Source: Geosiphon pyriformis uo1
Taxonomy: Eukaryota > Fungi > Glomeromycota
DNA: 64,000 nucleotides
NCBI GenBank assembly: GCA_016748015.1
Contig: JAAOMT010000283.1
Location: 190,108-254,107, forward strand
Direction: 5' to 3'
The notes beneath the pieces were generated by a model, which was given only the letters and a program-made list of their open reading frames with translations, did no database searches and was not told the DNA's origin. Positions 21,902-35,400 of the stretch are shown here, piece by piece; the stretch's first letter is position 1; every line of letters starts with the position of its first letter. A program made the position numbers and the translations under genes.

Positions 21902-24900
21902 CTAATTTTGCCTCATTCTTGAGAGGCAATCAACATTGGTGTGAAGTTTTTCTGGTTTGTGATGTACAATGTATCAGTAGTTGGCTAAAAATCCTGTCCA
22001 TTGGGTTTGTTTTGCATTTAGCTGAGTGTTTTTGTTTTGAAGCCATTTGAGTCCAATATTATCAGTAATAATATTGAATTCTTTAGGTTTGAGATAAAGG
22101 TTGAAGTAGTGTAGGGCCCAAATTATGGCTGCTGTTTCTAGTTCTGTGGCAGAGTAGTTTTTTTTGGCTGGTTTTAATGTTCTGCTAGCATAAGCAATTA
22201 CTCACTCATTTCTGTTGTCATCTAATTGTGATAAGATAGCACCAAAGGCAGTGTAAGAAACATCTGTAGCTAGTTAAAATTGGTTACTGAAGTCTGGGTA
22301 GGCTAGAATTGAAGCTGTTGTCAGCTTTTCTTTGAGAATTTCAAAAGCTTTTTGGTGTTCTTCTATCCATTTGTATTCGACATTTTTAGTAGTGAGCTGG
22401 TTGAGGGGTTTTGTGATTTCTGAAAATCCTTTGATGAATTTTCAGTAATAGGAAGCTAATCTAATAAATCCTCTCAATTCTGTGGTATTTTGTGGAGTCT
22501 TAAAGTTCTTGACAGTGCTGATTTTTCCAGGGTCTGGTTTAATTCCATCTTTGCTCACAATGTGACCAAAAAAGCCCAAACTCGTTTTTCCGAAGTAGCA
22601 TTTTTTAATGTTCAGTTTCAATCCTGCTTTTTGTAATCATTGAAAAACTTCTTGCAGGTGTTTTAAGTATAATTCAAAAGATGATGAATAAACATCAGTA
22701 TTATCAAGATAGATAACTACTGATTTCCAAAGGAGGCCTTTGTAAACAACATCCATGAGTCTTTGGAATATTGCTGGTGCATTGCATAATCCGAAAGGCA
22801 TTATGTTGAACTTGTAATTTCTTCTTTGTGTGGTGAATGCTGTTTTGGGGTGATTTTTGGAATCCATGGCAACTTGCCAGTATTTGCTTTCTAAATCTAA
22901 TGTCGAAAAGTATTCGGACTTTCTAAGGACATCTAACATGTCATCAATTCAGGAAAGAGGGTAGGCATCTCCAATAGTGATGCTGTTGAGTTGTCAATAA
23001 TCAACACAAAATCGTATCTTTCCATTTTTCTTTTTAACTAGGACTACAGGTGAGACCCATGGACTCATTGATAATTGAATAAGGCCATTGTTAAGCATCT
23101 GTTGCACTTCTTCTCGGATAAATTGGTGACTTTTTGGAGCAACTCGGTAGGCTTGTTGTCACCTTGGTTTGGCATCTCCTGTATAGATTTGGTGTTGAAC
23201 CAAATTGGTTCTTCCTAAGTTATTGTTGTTTTTGGCAAAAATATCAGCAAATTCTGCAATTAGCTTTTTAAGCTGGTTTTGTTGTTGTGGTTCAAGTTGT
23301 CTCATGTTGATTTGAGACAGTTTTTCTATAACAACATGGTAGTTTTCAGAGCTGGTGTTTGGGTTGATTTTTGGTAGTAAATGTCCAATAATTTCAGAGA
23401 AATCAGGGATTGTTTGGAGTAATTCTTATTAAAAGATATTACTGTGAATAACTCCAATTTCTAAGTTATTTAATAAAACTATGGGGAAATTGTTGGGATT
23501 GTAAAATGTAACTCGGATTTTCTTTGTTCCTTCTGGAATATAAATGTTTAGGATTGAGATATTATATTCCAAGCAGATTTGTTTGTTGGATTCAAAAATT
23601 TGTTGTGTGGTTGTTAACTTTTCACAAGTGTAAATTTCAGAGTGTTCTCCAAAGGGTGAAATGGTAATTGGTTATGGAAGTCGTAAAATCTGGTAAGATT
23701 CTTTCTGTTCATTGAGAGCTATGTTTACTGGAACTGTAAATCATCCAGTTGAACCAAAACTTTAGGTTCTTTTTTCACTTTTTCCCAATAGTTCTCTTTG
23801 ATTGACTAATTGTAAACCCAAAATGTTGATTAAGGGTAAATAAATGGCTTGGGCAATTTTCTCAGCATGTTTAATTTTAAACAGCTTGTTAGTTTTGTTT
23901 TGAAGTATTACTGTTATGTCACCAGTATATCCAGCATTGATTATTCCTTCTCTGACATTGATTTTTTTGCTTGCCAGAGAGGACCAGGAGGCAATTTGAA
24001 CCATTGCTCCTGGCAGGATTTTGAAAGCAATTTTGAGGTTGATTTTTGTGAGAGATTTGGGTTTGAGAACGAGAATATTCTTGTCTGGATATCTTAGGTC
24101 ATATCCAGCATCAATTTCATGTGCTTTTTCGGGTTTTATTCCTTGTTTGTTGTTGTTGAAGTATTTGAGTTGTAAGGCAGACTGGTTTTTGATGAGATAG
24201 ATGAGTGTTGCTTCAATTTCTTCTGTTGCTTCAGGTTCTCCAAATTCAATTTCATTCTCATCATTTTTACTGGGCAGAGGAATACTAAGAGCATAGCATT
24301 CAGGACACCACTGTTTATCACAAGGCATAATGCATTCTTCACATAGTCTAATGTTTATTTGCTCTAATCATTGAATTTGAGCTTCTTGGGTTGGGTAGGT
24401 GTGACTTGCAATTTGGTGGTAGACTTCTACTTCATCTTCATAATCAAATCCAGCTAATTCTATGGTATATTCAATGTATTCTGCTTCCTTCATTTGACGG
24501 ACATCTTCTTTAGTAGCTTCATTAATTAATGCCATTGCTAGGTCGAAAATTATCTTAGCATCATAGGAGTAGTGATAAAGTTTGTTGAGAGCACTATTGT
24601 ATGCCACATTAAAAGGTGTTCCTTTTTTTACTTTTTCTGAAATTGATAAAGCATATTGGCAGGTCTGATTGCAAACTCTTCTTCTTATTGCTACATCAAT
24701 CCAATTGCATTCTTCTGGTAGCATATCTCCACAAGTCAAACAAGGGGTGTTATCTCATTTTCTGCTTCTTTTTATTAGATGGTCCCATTATTCTTTATGG
24801 CAAGCCTTGCAGTAATAACAAGTATGATTTTCGTATTCTTCTTCAGGTAAAATGCAGACTCCCATTGAGAAGAGTTTCTTGTGGCAGTCCTTGTATTTGA

Positions 24901-27559
24901 GTGGAATGTAGGGGCGTTGTTTTCGTGGTTCTGGTTTTGAATAGGGGACATTCTATCTGGTTGTCACTGGTTTTTTTGTTTCAAGAAAATCATTTGTTAA
25001 AAAGTACTGTTGTTCAGTTTCATCAGCCCAATTGGAGGTTGATCCAAGTGCCATAAATGTTTCAATGATGGGCTTTTCTTCTTCTGGTTTGAATTCAAAA
25101 GCCGGGGCTTTTTCAGAGTGTTTGTTGAATGTACCACAAGTGGCAGGTATCCGGGCGTGTTGTTCTTGGTAGGAGATTGTTAACTCTTGTGTCTCCCAAT
25201 TCAGATTAGCATTGGCTTTTTGAAGCCAATCATTTCCGACAAGAGCTTAGTACTGGAGCACGTCCATTACAAGAACTTTGACTGGAATGGTAATTCCATC
25301 AAGAGTGAACGAAAAATTGTCAATTTCTCCTACTGGAGTTTTTTTCATGCCATTGGCAGTAACAATTATGGTTTGAGCTGGTCAGTCAACATTTCTCTTT
25401 AACTGTTGTATTAACTGGTAGGTGATAATGCTTCCGGCAGATCCACTGTTTAGAATCAAGCGAATTGCCTTTTCTTCGACTTCTGCTTCAGTGTACATAG
25501 CAGTGATTGCTTTTTGTTTGTTGGCAGCCACATTGCTAAGCAGGAATGGTAACTTATTTGCTTCAAACTCAAAAGGGAATATGTCTGAAAGATTGGCATT
25601 TTCAGCAATTCTGGCTAGTGGGATTGTGGTAGGAGTATAGGAAGAGTTTTGTTGTCATGCTGCAGCTCTACTTTTCGAGAGTGCAGTATAGTGAAAATCC
25701 TGTTCTTCAGGTATTGTAAGATAGCTAGGTTGAGTATGATAATGAGTGGGTCTTGGCTGAGCTGGATTTCGGGAAACTAATTGGTTGTTCAAATTGATTC
25801 TATTGTTGTCTACTTGGTATCAGTTTTGTGGTGTAAATTAATTTTGCGGGATTAATCTTTGAGCAGACACTTGATAATGTTGTGTGGGTGGTTGTTAGTA
25901 TTGCTGTTGAATTGGTTGTAGAACAGGCTAATAATAGTTATTTTAATATTGGGGTCTTGGTGGATAGTAAGCTGGTGGTGGTAGTTGATAATAAGATTGC
26001 TGTAGTAGAGGGTAACATTGATTACTCCTATTTTGTTGGTCTCGTTTTAGCTTTTTGCAATCTTTTTTCCAGTGGCCAGGAATTCCACAGTAATGGCAAC
26101 TCTGAGACTAATTATTAGAGGGTGATGTGAAGTTGTTTTGATTTCGTCTTTGGGGTGGTTAATATCTTTGAGGTTGCTGTTGTTGTTGATTGGTGAAATA
26201 GTTTTTGACTTTTTTTGCAAGTTGGTCAATTTTCTCTTCAGCTGCTGAGCTGGTTTCTCCAATGGCTAAGTTTACAAGTTTTGTATGATTGGCTTTTTCC
26301 ATGGCCATTTTATATCTCTTTGCATGCTGAATGGCAGAGTTTAAATCTTCTGGAGCATGTGGGCGAATCTTTTTAATCAGTTTATCCTTTAAACCAGTGA
26401 TAAATTGATCCAAAATTTGAGCATCAGAATAATAATCATTAGTTTCAAGTTGGCAAATTTGTCTGAGAAGTTTGTTGAATTTTCCAATATAAGTTATAAC
26501 AGATTCGGAGGGTTTTTGTTTGATATTGTAAAAACAATTTCAAAGAGTGATTGAGATGTTATTATCAGTGAATTGTTCTAAGAAGGCAGTTTTGAAAGCT
26601 GTTTAGTTATTAAAAGGGGTGGTCAAGTTTTCAAACCATTTGCCTGCTGTTCCTTTGAGAAAGTAGAGAATTGTTCTTAACATTCTAGCAGCATTCCATC
26701 CATTTACATCTCCAGCTTTAGTAACTTGGTTGAGCCATTCTTGGGGACTGGTTGCAATGTCTTTTCTATTGAACTCAGGGATTTTTGTGATGTATGCTGT
26801 CATTTTGTCTTCTTTGTTTTCACTGTCTATTGATTCTTCTTCAGATATTTCAGAGTCATTTTCTTCGTTCACTGCTGTCTCAGAGTGTTCACTTTGATTT
26901 TCAGCTAGAAAGTCAAGGAGATTGGAACTAGTTTGAAGGGGTTCTTGTTGTCTGGTAGAACTTTTGGGTAATGTAAAATCTTCTAGTCTTGCAAATTGAT
27001 TTAAGGGTGAATTAGGTGTTTGTGTTTGTGCAAGTAAAGCTGGAAAAGGTGTGATAGTAAGTAGAAGTTTTGAACTGGTTCCCTGTTCAGGTGTTTGTAA
27101 GTGTTTGGCAGTTGTTTTTGGTAGTATTGGGGTATTTGGGGTGGTTTTTGAGTATTGTTTTAATTTTTGTTTGCTTTTGTTGCTTGTTTCTGTCTCTGAT
27201 TCAAAATCAATGGAGTATTGAGACTGCACTGGATATGTTTCTTCACAGTACTTGATAATGTTAAAATTTAGTTCTTGAAAGTAAGTGGCAAGTGTTTTAT
27301 TGTTAAAGTCTTCAGTTTCCAACTGTAAATAGTGTACTAAAATATTGTAAAGATTGCTTCTAACTTCTGAGATATTGTAATTTCCAAAAAGATAATTGTT
27401 GATGCAGTTTTCAATGTATTGGTATACTGATTTCTTGACAACTTCAATTCCGTCTGGAATGTTGAATCTTTGCTTGCAGTGGGTGTAAATTGATTGGTAA
27501 TACTCTAGAGTTGTTGTATCTAGTGTGGTTGTCACTTTGAAGTTGTTTTGCTGTGTTAT
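21902..27559 (-). pseudogene. Gypsy B gag-pol in a single frame: gag, protease, Cys-rich domain, dUTPase, RT, RNase H
   Basis: ORF fragments starting at 27535, 26413, 24739, 24328 and 22939 are all in the same frame; LILNSGSAGS, DAGYDL/GIINAGYTG, IMPFGLCNAP, YLDN, NVDCLSRMRQN*. Confidence 0.93.
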
Positions 27560-27579
27560 TTCTGTGAGAGAGCACCAAA

Positions 27580-28546
27580 TATTACCAGAGGTTTTTGGTC
27601 TCTTCTTAGCTCTTGTATGTTTGTTGTAATACTGTTAATTCACAATTATGGGAAGTGTTTAAACCTCCAATAACTGAATTTATCTTCAAATTATCTCCTA
27701 TAATTTGAACTGCTGGGCTTATAAGTGGAATGGCCAATTCCGTGCCAGTTACTTTGTATAGTTACATTGTAGTAAATGTCAACTCTTTCCCAGGAATTGC
27801 TCATCTGGAAGCTCACTAAAAATGTGTAGTTATTTTGCTGTGAAAGTCAACTCTTTTACAGGAATCTCATTTGTAGGTTACCCTAATGATTATAATAAGA
27901 AAATAAAAAAAATGTAAAAGAAATAGAATTTTATCAAGAAAAACGTTTTCTATTCAGGCCTGGAGTCACTAACAGTTTACTGAAATTGGTAGCTAATCAA
28001 TTTCAAAATGCTAGTTGGGTTTTGGGGATTTTCCAAGTGCAATAATTAAAGAATTTGGTTTTTTGAATTATTTGATATTTATTTCTTTTTGTGTGTGTAG
28101 GAATGATTCTAAGTAATAAATCTAAAGTAAGATACATTTTCTCAAAGAGAGAAGCTCTTCTTTTATACAATTTGTCGTAACACTATTCTATGAACCTGAA
28201 CTTTGCTCTTTTTTCAATTTCGCTAAATTAAAGATATATTTCGGCAAACTACAAGTTATTTCTGCAAACTATTAGATATTTCAGTGAACTATTAATTATT
28301 TTGGCAAATTTCTACAAATTTTGGCGAACTTTTGACTGTTACATATTTCGGGGTATTGCATGATTGATCATTGCACTTAGGTTACCTTTGTGTTACATAC
28401 AAATTGGGTTATTAATTAAATGATAATTTCGGATATTTTGCTAATGTAATAAGTGATAATTTGAAATGATAATATATGCTGATTAATAATAAGATTTATA
28501 AGGGTAATTTCATGCTAAACAATATCTTTAATTTTGTCTGGTAACA
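27580..28546 (-). repeat. 5' LTR of Gypsy B
   Basis: TA(from TG)TTAC...GTAACA; same length as 20362-21328. Confidence 0.95.
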
Positions 28547-28890
28547 GAATAAAGACAATACTAGGACTAACTCAAATATGTCTCTTTAAAAAAATTTTAA
28601 CTGGTAAAAAATCAGCCAAAGATGAAGAAGTTGCTTTAGTAGCTATTAAAGACAGCTTTTTACAATTACTAAGTAAAAGAAAGATTTTTAAAACATTTTG
28701 TTTGGTTGTTTCTATAACAGAGAGAGCTCTTTTGATTGAAATTTTATTAGGTATTTCAGGAAAGATATTAGGTGCAGCTTTTTTACTCTTTGTTTTGGTC
28801 ATGGTCATAAAATTAAGGAAACAAAGAGTTTTTTTTTATATTTTCATATTAGTATTTTTATAAAAAAGTTAGAAATAAAATTAGAAAAAA
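28547..28890 (-). mobile_element. ORF1-only (HAL1-like) element, 5' part: ATG at 28808
   Basis: MTMTKTKSKKAAP...KRHI*VSPSIVF joins in frame to TPTKSPKVFNN (20361 downward) when Gypsy B and one 4-bp TSD copy are removed. Confidence 0.8.
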
Positions 28891-28899
28891 AATATTTAA

Positions 28900-31603
28900 T
28901 AAAACTTAAATCATTTTTAATTTTGATACTTTAATCATATTTTTAACTTAACAGTACAAATAATTTTAGATAAAATAAAAAATAATGTTTTTAAAATATT
29001 TATTAAAAATCCAAATTAATATAATTTACTTGAAATTTTTTTAAAATAAACTTTATATAATTTAAGATTAAAAAACTTAATATTTTAAACTTTTTAAATA
29101 TATTTATAATACATTTCAAATTAAATACCATAAACTTATTCTGAATTATTTCAACTTAAATTAACAAGTTTTTATTTCTAATTTTATATATTTTAAATAC
29201 AAAAATTTCCAACTATAAATTTATAAATACTTAATATTTTTATTAATATATTATTTTACATAATTATTAAGTTGTTTTCAATAAAATTACTAAATTCTTT
29301 AAATTATTTAAGAATATTATTGTTAAAATATTAGTTAATTTAAATATTATTGTCTTTTGGATTATTATTTTTTAATATTATTTTTAATTATGTTAAAAAC
29401 ATAGTTAATAATAATAAATCTAATAAAATATTATAATTTAGTTAAATTTATTTATTTATTTTAACATATTTAATATTAAATCTATTATTTATTATAGTAA
29501 TTAAAACAACAAGAAGAAAATTAGTTGAATATTAATTTAAAACAAATATAATTATAATATTTTATATTGTATTAAATTCAAAGAGAAAATTTTATTATTT
29601 TACAAAAAAAAATTTTTAGATAATAATATTAATAAAACAAAAAAATTATAAGTTATTTATTTATTCAAATAGTTTTATATATAATAAATAAATCTTTAAA
29701 ATGTATATATTTTTTAAAACAAAATACATATTGGTTATTATATTCATATTAAATAATAGTTTTTTTTTAAATAATAATTTTAATAATACTATAATATTAG
29801 TTATATAGTTTATATTAAAGACAAATTTTGATATTAATAATAATAAAAAATTAAATTAATTATTATATTTTTAAAAAAGTAATCAATAAAATATAATATA
29901 ATAACAAATATATTGCAAAAAATATCTATTTAATTTTTTATTTTTATTAAAAGTTTTAAAATTTAAGCATATTAGACACAATTTACTTATTTTATATATA
30001 TAATTTATAATTATTTGGGAATTTAAAAATTATTTATTACTTTTGAATATTTTTTTTTTATAGATAAAAATATAATTGCAGATATAAAATTTTGTTTAAT
30101 ATTTAAAACTATAAAAACAGTACAATATTTTTAACTATAAATACAAAAATCATTAAAAAAAATTAATTAATAATATAACATAATTTTTAATAATTAAATT
30201 TAAATATATTTACAAACTTTAAACCAAATTCAAATCAAATTTGTTGTTTAGATTTAAGTTTAATTTAGATTTAGTAATTTTAAATTTGATTTAAATTAAA
30301 TATTAAAATTTTAGGTTAAATAGCAAGTTATTTTTTTGGTTCTTAAATTTGTTCTTAAGTCTAGCATAATTAAGATTATTTTTAACAATTAAATAACTTT
30401 AAATACATATGTTACCAAACTAAAAAATAAATTTTCTGATTTTTGTAACTACTATTAAGTTAAAAAACAATATATTTTTAACAATATTAAGAATAAAAAT
30501 ATTTTATTTGTTTGATTTAAAATTAAAAACTATTTAAATATAACAAATAATAAGATTACAAATAAGTTGGCTAGTATAATTGTTTATTTTTTTTTGTTTT
30601 TTTTTTAAAAATTAATAAAAGATTTCTTTAGGCTAATAATATAATTATTTTTGATAATATATATTATTTTATTTATAATATATTTTTTTTAATTAGTTAT
30701 GCTTAATAAAAAATTAATTTAAATACTAATATAATTCTAATAATATAATTAAATCATAAATTGGTTTTATACTACTATAATATAACATTCAAATTTTTTT
30801 ATATAATTAAGTTTTATAAGTAAATTTATATTTAATTTGTGTATTTATATAATAAAAACAATATATATACATATTTTTTAATTGGTATTTATAAAAAATT
30901 ATATAATAAAAAGTATTCTAAAATTGTATATCTGTATTATAACAAGATTAATTTTTTTAATTATGTTTTTATATATGTATTAAATACTAATACTTATATT
31001 AAGATATTAAAAACTTTAATTAATAAATAAAAATGTTTTATTAGAATATTATTAATATTGTTTACAGTTTTGAATTTTTTGATTTTTAATTTTTATAATA
31101 ATATTATATACACTTTGTTTTGCAAAGATTTTATATTTAAGAGTTTATATACTAAGCCAATTTTTATTTTTTATAATATTAAAGTTGTTATTTTTAGATT
31201 GATTTTTTTATATAAAATATTGTTATAAATTTTAAAAAATATATTTAATTATATAAAATTAAATACAAAATAATAATAAAAAAAAGTAAACTTATAAATA
31301 TTAATAGTTATATTCTTATAGTTTTTAGAATTTACTTAGTTAATTTTTTAGTAAGACTGTTTATATAATAAATATTAATAAAACTTTTATAATTTATTTT
31401 GGTTTTTGTAATAAATGTTTATTTTTTTTAAATTTAAATAGTAAAATTAATATTAATATATAGATATAATATAGTTTTAATTAGCTCAAATAACTAGTCA
31501 TATATAGCAAATACATAATTTATATTTAATTATAAATATTTAATTTATTTATATATACTAAATAGTATTTAGATCATATTCATTAGATTATTAATAAAAA
31601 AAA
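28900..31603 (+). pseudogene. Ghost LINE segment 3: eroded ORF2 3' half, 3' UTR and poly(A)
   Basis: LIGIYKKLYNKKYSKIVYLYYNKINFFNYVFIY (~30880-30980) corresponds to LPVAVHKRLYDRGYPSVVCLFC...FSDHVF.C; LYTLFCKDFI (~31105) to LYTLVCKGFV; 31470-31603 aligns with the LINE 3' UTR. Confident for 30820-31603, inferred further upstream. Confidence 0.7.
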
Positions 31604-31816
31604 TATATTATTAACTTATTAAATTATATATATTTTATAAATATATTTAAATACTAATTACTATTTATAATTTTTTTTCAAAATATTTTTAATTATTAAT
31701 TTAATAATAAAATTAAAGTTTGTATAATTATTTTTTTAAGCAACAAAAAATTATTTTTTTAAAACATTATTTAATTTATAAGTTATTAAAATATTATTTA
31801 AAAAAATTTTAAATAG

Positions 31817-32492
31817 TATTATTAAAAATTTAGTTGTTTTTTTTTAATATTATAATATTAATATTGTTATTATTAAATTTTTAATAAGTTATTTATTTTT
31901 AAAGTATTTTTTATACTTTAAATTATGTATATTATTAAATTTAAAATAAATTGGCCAATTTTATGTTAATAAATTTGTATAATAAAGTTAATTATTCTAT
32001 AAAAATTTTTATAATGTAATATTATTTTATAATAAAAGTCATTTTTTTTAATTATAAGTTTTTTAATAACTAATTAATTTTAAATTAAGTTGTATTAAGA
32101 TTTAATATATTTTATATATATTTAATTATAATATATTTTGTGTTTTAACACTTTTTTTGCTAATATTTTTACAAATTTTGATAATTAAATATATATTTTA
32201 GTAAATTTTTACAAATTTTTAATAATTAAATATATATTTTAGTAAATTTTTAATTATTTGGTAAATTATTGAATATTTTACTGAATTTTTAAATATTTCA
32301 ATAAATTTTAATATTATTTAATTCGAATTATTACATAATTTGATTATTTTATTTTTAATTATATTTATATATTATACAAATTAAATTATTAATTAAATAA
32401 TAATATTTGATAATTTAATTAAATAGTATTAATAATAAAAATTATAAAAATAATTTTATGCTAATTAATAACTTAATTTTTGTTTAATAATA
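31817..32492 (-). mobile_element. Ghost solo LTR related to Gypsy B
   Basis: Start TATTATTAAAAA is TGTTACTGGAGG fully converted, and end TGTTTAATAATA corresponds to TGTCTGGTAACA; internal TGGCCAATT and ~20-bp repeat remnants; flanks ATAG/ATGG form a 4-bp TSD. Confidence 0.8.
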
Positions 32493-35400
32493 ATGGTATT
32501 TTTTTAGCCAAATTAATTAAAATAATAAACAAATATTAATTAATATGTTTTTTTTATTATAAAATTTAAAAACTATTAAATTTTATATTTTTTTTAAAAA
32601 AATCAGAATTTTTTTAGTCTTAATACAATTATTTAGAATACTAAAAGCCAATTTCTAATAAATTAATAACAATATTATTAAAACTTATTTAAAATCTTAA
32701 ACAAATTAAAAATCTTTTTTTTAACAAGTTATAAATTATTTTAAACAGTTTTTTAATAATAATTTTGGATATAATACCAACAAAAATAGTATTATTTACA
32801 TAAAATAAAGATTTCTATTGTTTAATTCAAATTAAAAAAACAAATTTTATATTATTTAATTATTTATAATATTATTTATTAAAAACTTAGTATTAATAAA
32901 TTTTAACATAATATTATTATTAATAATTAAATAATTTAAATTTATTTTTTTAAATAAGCATTCTAAACTATTTTTACAGTATATTTATTTATAATAAAAA
33001 ATAGCTTTATATATTTAATAATTATATATTTTATTATCTAATTTATTAAAATCACAAAAATAAATAAGTTTAAAAAATTTCTATGTTATTTTAATTATAA
33101 TATTTTTTAATAAATTTTATATACTATTTAAATTACTTTATAATTTATATTTCTTAAAAAAATAAGTTATATATAACAAATATAAAATATTTTTCATTAA
33201 AACTTTTTTAGTCTATATTATTTATTTTATTAATATTAAACTTTTAACAATTTTTGTTGAATAAAATTCTTATTTTTAACATATATAATAATATTTTTTA
33301 TTATTTATTTTTAATTTTTATCAAAAAATATAATCTTGCTTTTATTAATTATTTGTTAAATAATAATAACTTAATCTATAATTAAAAAAGTTTTGTTAAA
33401 AAAGTTGTTATTTAAAAAAATTTTTAATAAGCAAAAAAAATGTTTTAATAAATATAATATTACTTATAAAGTAAAACAAAAAAAAATAATATAAAAAATA
33501 ATATAAATAGTATAGTATAAATTATTAAGATATATAATATTAAGAATTTTAGAAATATTAATAAAAATACCAAAAATTTAGCAATAACTTAAAAAAATTA
33601 GAGAAATTTTAAGAATTTTATATTATAAAAATTTATGTATATATAGCAAGCATATTAAAAGCAAAAAAAACAAATAAACTAAATTAAAAACAAGTTTTAA
33701 TTTTTATTTTATCAAATAATTTCTATAGTTAACAATTTAATACTTAAAATCTACAATTATTCCAAATAAATTTATTAATTTATATTATTCCAAAACCCAA
33801 CTTTATAAATTTATATTTATCTTATTAAAATTTAATTATTTTTTTTATTAATATTAATAATATTAAAACAATAGCTCTTAATTATAACTATTAACAAAAT
33901 ACTAATTTTTTATTTTATTTGTTTGTTTTGTGTTTTATTAATTAATAAAAAAAAGCACTAAAATTATAATATCAAAAATTATTTGGTAAAAAATATCAAA
34001 AAAAGTGTAAAATATAGTTAATAAATTAAAATTGTTTATAAAAACCAGTTATCATACCAAAAATATTAAACACTGAGTATTGTTTATTATTAATTTTAAA
34101 TTTTTGTTTATTATACAAAAAACTCAATTTTTAAAATTTTTTAAAAATTTTTAGATTAAAAAATTACCAAACTTAACTAAGTTATAGAAATTTAAATAAT
34201 CTAAGAAATTATTTATAATAATAGTTTTTTTTGCTAAATTTGTTAGTTGTAATATTTATAATTTTTCTTATTTTTATAATATTGTATTTTTGTTAAATAA
34301 TTTTTTTAATATTAAAATTATTGTTTTTATTAATAAGTTTTTATTTAGTCTTAACTTAAATATTAGTTTAAATATTTATAAAATTGTGTTATTTATTCTT
34401 ATTAAATTTTAAATAATTAAATTAAATTTGAAATATATACTGGTTTTTAGTTTTATTATAATTATTTTAGATTTTAAATACATATAATTTTAATAATCTT
34501 AAATTATTGCTTTAATTAAAAGTAAAAATTTATAAAATTAAATAATTTAAGATTAAAAATTACTAAATTGTTTATAATAATAAAATTATAAATTTTTTAA
34601 TATATAAAACAATTTGGTTTAATTATTTACTACTTGTTAAAATCAATAAAAAATGTTTAATATTTAATATTATTATTATTTTAAATAATATTTATTATTT
34701 TATAAAAAGTTTGTATAATTTAATTAACTATATTAATTAAAAATTGAATTATATAATTAAATATTTTAATATAAATTTAATTAAAATTAAAAGTATTAAT
34801 ATTTAATATTTCAATAATTATATAACTTTTAAGTTTATTAATAAAAAAAACTTTTAATATTTGTTTTTATTACAAAAAAGTTTTGTATAAAAGATTATTA
34901 ACTATTTTTAAGATTTGGTTTAATAAAATATTAATATTTAAAAAAAATTAAAAAAAATTTTTAGTTAACTTTAAATTATTATAAATATTATATTTAATTA
35001 CTTAACTTTAAGTTAAAACCCAAGTACAAAAAAAGTTTAATTGTGTTAAATAATTTTATAATTGTTAATATTATAAAAATATTTAATTATTACTTTATAA
35101 AAAATTGTTTAAACTAAATTTAATATAAATTAGTTGATTTGTTTTAAATTTACTAAGCATAATTAATTAGTTTTTAATAATTTTGTTGTTATAAATATTG
35201 TTAAACATGTTTTTAAAGTTTTTGTAAAGCTATTTATATAGTATAAATTAAATTAAATTAATTAATTAATTATATATAAAAAGTATATAAATTATATCTA
35301 ATTTGTAATTATTTATTTAACTATATATGCTTAAATAATAATTAAATTATATTTATAAATACATAATAAAAATTATAATTATAATTATAATAATTATACC

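Larger units (their letters stand above)
20362..28546 (-). mobile_element. Ty3/Gypsy LTR retrotransposon B (dUTPase-carrying), integrase core deleted
   Basis: Two 967-bp LTRs, 4-bp TSD GAGT/GAAT, PBS TT-TGGTGCTCTCTCACAGA (27561-27579), PPT GAGGAGGAGG (21332-21341). Confidence 0.96.

Noticed and set aside
27520-27560. GTG (non-AUG) start for gag in both Gypsy elements
   Set aside because: An in-frame ATA at 27559 in element B is more simply a G>A-decayed ATG.
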